A stretch of DNA of 63,290 bases, counting the filler, from Guillardia theta CCMP2712 (taxonomy: Eukaryota > Protista > Cryptophyta), in NCBI RefSeq assembly GCF_000315625.1. It is 4 parts of 4 records of this genome, joined end to end, with 100 filler letters (N's around TTAATTAATTAA, not from the genome) between each part and the next. Parts side by side here need not be neighbours in the genome. Positions count along the whole stretch, not along the records: positions 60,808 to 63,290 come from NW_005434530.1; 3 more parts are not named here. One strand, written 5' to 3'. The translations under genes and the position numbers were made by a program. This document shows positions 60,940-63,290 of the stretch, piece by piece. The notes under the pieces were generated by a model. It worked only from the letters and a program-made list of their open reading frames with translations, was not told the origin of the DNA and searched no databases. Every line of letters starts with the position of its first letter. Position 1 is the first letter of the stretch.

Positions 60940-61501
60940 GACCTTATCCTGCAGCTTTGTAAGCTCTTCCATGTAGTCTGCCCTGACGATGTCCGGCCGG
61001 TTGGCCAGCACCTGCCCGACCTTGATGAAGGTTGGTCCTAGCGAGATCAGCGTCTTCCTTAGCTGTTCCGCCTCCGCCTTCACGTCCTCCTTCCTCCTTT
61101 CCGCCCCCCCCTTGAACGCCAGCGACGCCGACAGGCTCGTCACCACCGCCAGCACCTGGGCCAGGCGGGCGCCGCAGCGGAGATTCTCCTCCAGGGAGGA
61201 AGGGAGGAGGACGTCGGGGTTGTACCTGTTGATCTTACACAGTCCCCTGTCCGCCTCCCTCGCCTCCTGCCTCGCAATGCCCTCGGGGTCAGGCAGGTTG
61301 CAGTACTCCAGGTCCTCCTCCTTCTCCTCCCCGTTCCTCAGCCTGTCCAGCTCCCGCATCCCCTCCTGAATCTTCTTCACCAGCTTCCTCTCCAGGTAGC
61401 TGAACCCGCTGCTTCCCTCCCTCCACCTGAGGTCCCTCGACGCCGTTGCCATCCGGAGCTGCCCTGCATTACCCATTGCTCTTTCCCCTACCCTTGCCCC
61501 C

Positions 61502-61543
<42 letters not shown>

Positions 61544-61720
61544 CTCCTACTCGAACAGACAGCAGGAAGGTGTGCCTTAGCGTCATTGTGCCGGAGATGG
61601 GGGGGGGCGAGCAAAGCTCAAACAAGCAGCGCTGGATTTCGTTTCCCCTGTCAGAAAGGATGTTCCCAAGGTTGACAGCGAGGCGAACATGAGGAGGACA
61701 TGAAAGATTCGCGCCCTCAT
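60940..61720 (-). CDS. ABC1/UbiB atypical kinase (ABC1K) 5' part with plastid-type bipartite presequence; remainder lost in gap
   Basis: QLRKTLISLGPTFIKVGQVLANRPDIVRADYMEELTKLQDKV; the presequence MRARIFHVLLMFASLSTLGTSF joins in frame if the G9 run at 61599-61607 were G8. Confidence 0.85.
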
Positions 61721-62650
61721 CCTCGTCCTCGTCCTCGATCACTTGCACCTTGTTGTGAAGGTGGAGGTATGCTAGTTGGGTAGATTACCTGTTTGCTAAC
61801 CCCTATCCGCCTGATCTTCCCATTTTCGGCAACCTGTCTCCCATTGTCCGAGGTTCTGTCAGGAGAATGTCAACTTCCGAGGTTCAGATTAGTTTAGATG
61901 AAGGAGGGTATTTGGCAGTCATGGCTGTCTGTTCAACCATCTCATGCTCCTATGTTGGATCCTGCCTAATGTCTCCAAACTACAAGTAGAAATGTTCCGA
62001 TGCTGCTTATGAGACGTGCTCTTATCATCTCTCTCATCCGTGCCCGTCTCGAGCTTCTCTACGTCCATCCCTCCTCTTTCCTGCTCTGCTCCTCCTCGTC
62101 CTCCTCCTCGTCCTCCTCCTCCCCTCGCCATCTTGTGACCCATTCCAGCCAGTCCCTGCCATGCCTTAGGCATCACCTGACTAAAAAATCCACCCCCTCC
62201 CCCTCATGGACCCTGAGGTCTTAAAAACATTGTATCATTCACTACCGGTACATTTGTCTATGTAATACCCCCTTTTATCCATCCACTACCCTACCCGTTC
62301 CACGGCCTCCACAGATGAGCATGTACCCCCTACCATGCTCGGAGACACCCCCACCACCGGGGACGAAAGATACAGGTACGGGCCAAACTTTGAAACTTTG
62401 AGGTAGGATTGCAAGTACAGAAGTTTCGAAATTGAAAGTTTCCTTTCAAAGTTTCATATCTGCAGGATAACCATAAAATCACACCGAGGTAATTTACCTA
62501 CCCGTTCGAAATACCATAAGATGTTGGTTGGATGTGGGTAGGGTAGTGGTACCCACCCAGTTGAATACCAAGGGTCTATTTTTGTCGCAATGGCGCCTCA
62601 AGGCTCTAGAAGGGACTAGTTGGAATGCAGGGGGAGAGGGAAGAAGGGGA

Positions 62651-62900
62651 GGAGGCAGATGGGAGGCGAGGATGGAGACGTGATGTGTGGGAGGACGAGG
62701 AAGAGGAAACGAAGACCATGGGAGGGTAGATGGCAGAGATGAACGAGAGGATGACTTGAGGAGAGAGGAGAGAGGAGGGAGGCAGATGGGAGGCGAGGAT
62801 GGAGACGTGATGTGTGGGAGGACGAGGGAGAGGAAACGAAGACCATGGGTGGGTAGATGGCAGAGATGAACGAGAGGATGACTTGAGGGGAGAAGAGAAG
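62651..62900. repeat. ~127-bp direct duplication
   Basis: Copies start at 62651 and 62778. Confidence 0.8.
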
Positions 62901-63049
62901 GAGGGAGGGAGGGAGGGAGGGAGGGAGGGAGGGAGGGAGAAGAAGTATCCTAGTACCACGTGCTGATGCTCCTGGCAGGTTCTAGAGTCTCGGGGATGTC
63001 TGAAGTAAAGTTGCTGCATTAATCGCCTTGACTGAGAACCCACTCAACA

Positions 63050-63290
63050 ATGGAAAGCTTGAAGAAGAACGCAACGTGGGTTGGAGGTGCCGTCCTGGTA
63101 GTCGTCGCATGCTCAGGTGAGCAAGGGACTAGGCCTCTCAGCTCTCTTGCTGACCCTCCTTTCAGCGCTGCTCGGCGCCGTCGATCAATCCAAGGGTAGC
63201 AGGGAGGAGGAGCTAGCGGCGCTCTCCCTTCACTCCGCTACTGCACATGCCGGGAAGGGAGCGACTAAGAGTAAGAGCGGGCAGAAGCTC
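63050..63290 (+). CDS. 5' exons of a gene with an N-terminal hydrophobic anchor; continues beyond the window
   Basis: MESLKKNATWVGGAVLVVVACS|ALLGAVDQSK..; intron 63117-63165. Confidence 0.55.

Overview
Eukaryotic nuclear scaffold with N-gaps and many short (~45-55 nt) GT-AG introns. The TTTAGGG repeats, signal+transit presequences and an LRLRGG motif suggest a cryptophyte such as Guillardia theta (inference). Genes I can reconstruct: Stum/SPEC3-like membrane protein, trimethyllysine dioxygenase, SDE2/SF3A3-type SAP-domain exons, TMEM97/EXPERA (a 1.2-kb 20-bp minisatellite lies in intron 1), YecM-like VOC protein, SOUL haem-binding protein, Zn2Cys6 transcription factor, dPGM phosphoglycerate mutase, SRSF1-like SR protein and an ABC1 kinase. 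There is also a cox2 NUMT. The main feature is 41.6-54 kb, a head-to-tail array of non-LTR retroelements sitting in (TTTAGGG)n tracts. It has a 5'-truncated stub, a degenerate ORF1-only element split by a telomere-repeat-containing insert, and a >9-kb autonomous-type element. The large element has ORF1 joined by a TAATG stop-start to an ORF2 with Ulp1 protease, APE endonuclease, Cys motif, RT and a degenerate RNase H. Both visible 3' ends are CTAATAAACTCA-(TAA)n joined to AGGGTTT, and the large element's 5' end follows GGGTTT, implying a TTT^AGGG target. A second highlight is a gene at ~57-60.7 kb combining FG-like repeats, a Nup98 GLEBS motif, SPRY, a beta-helix and a DZIP3-type HEPN domain with an intact RxxxxH. 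All family calls come from motif recognition by eye; no database search was run.
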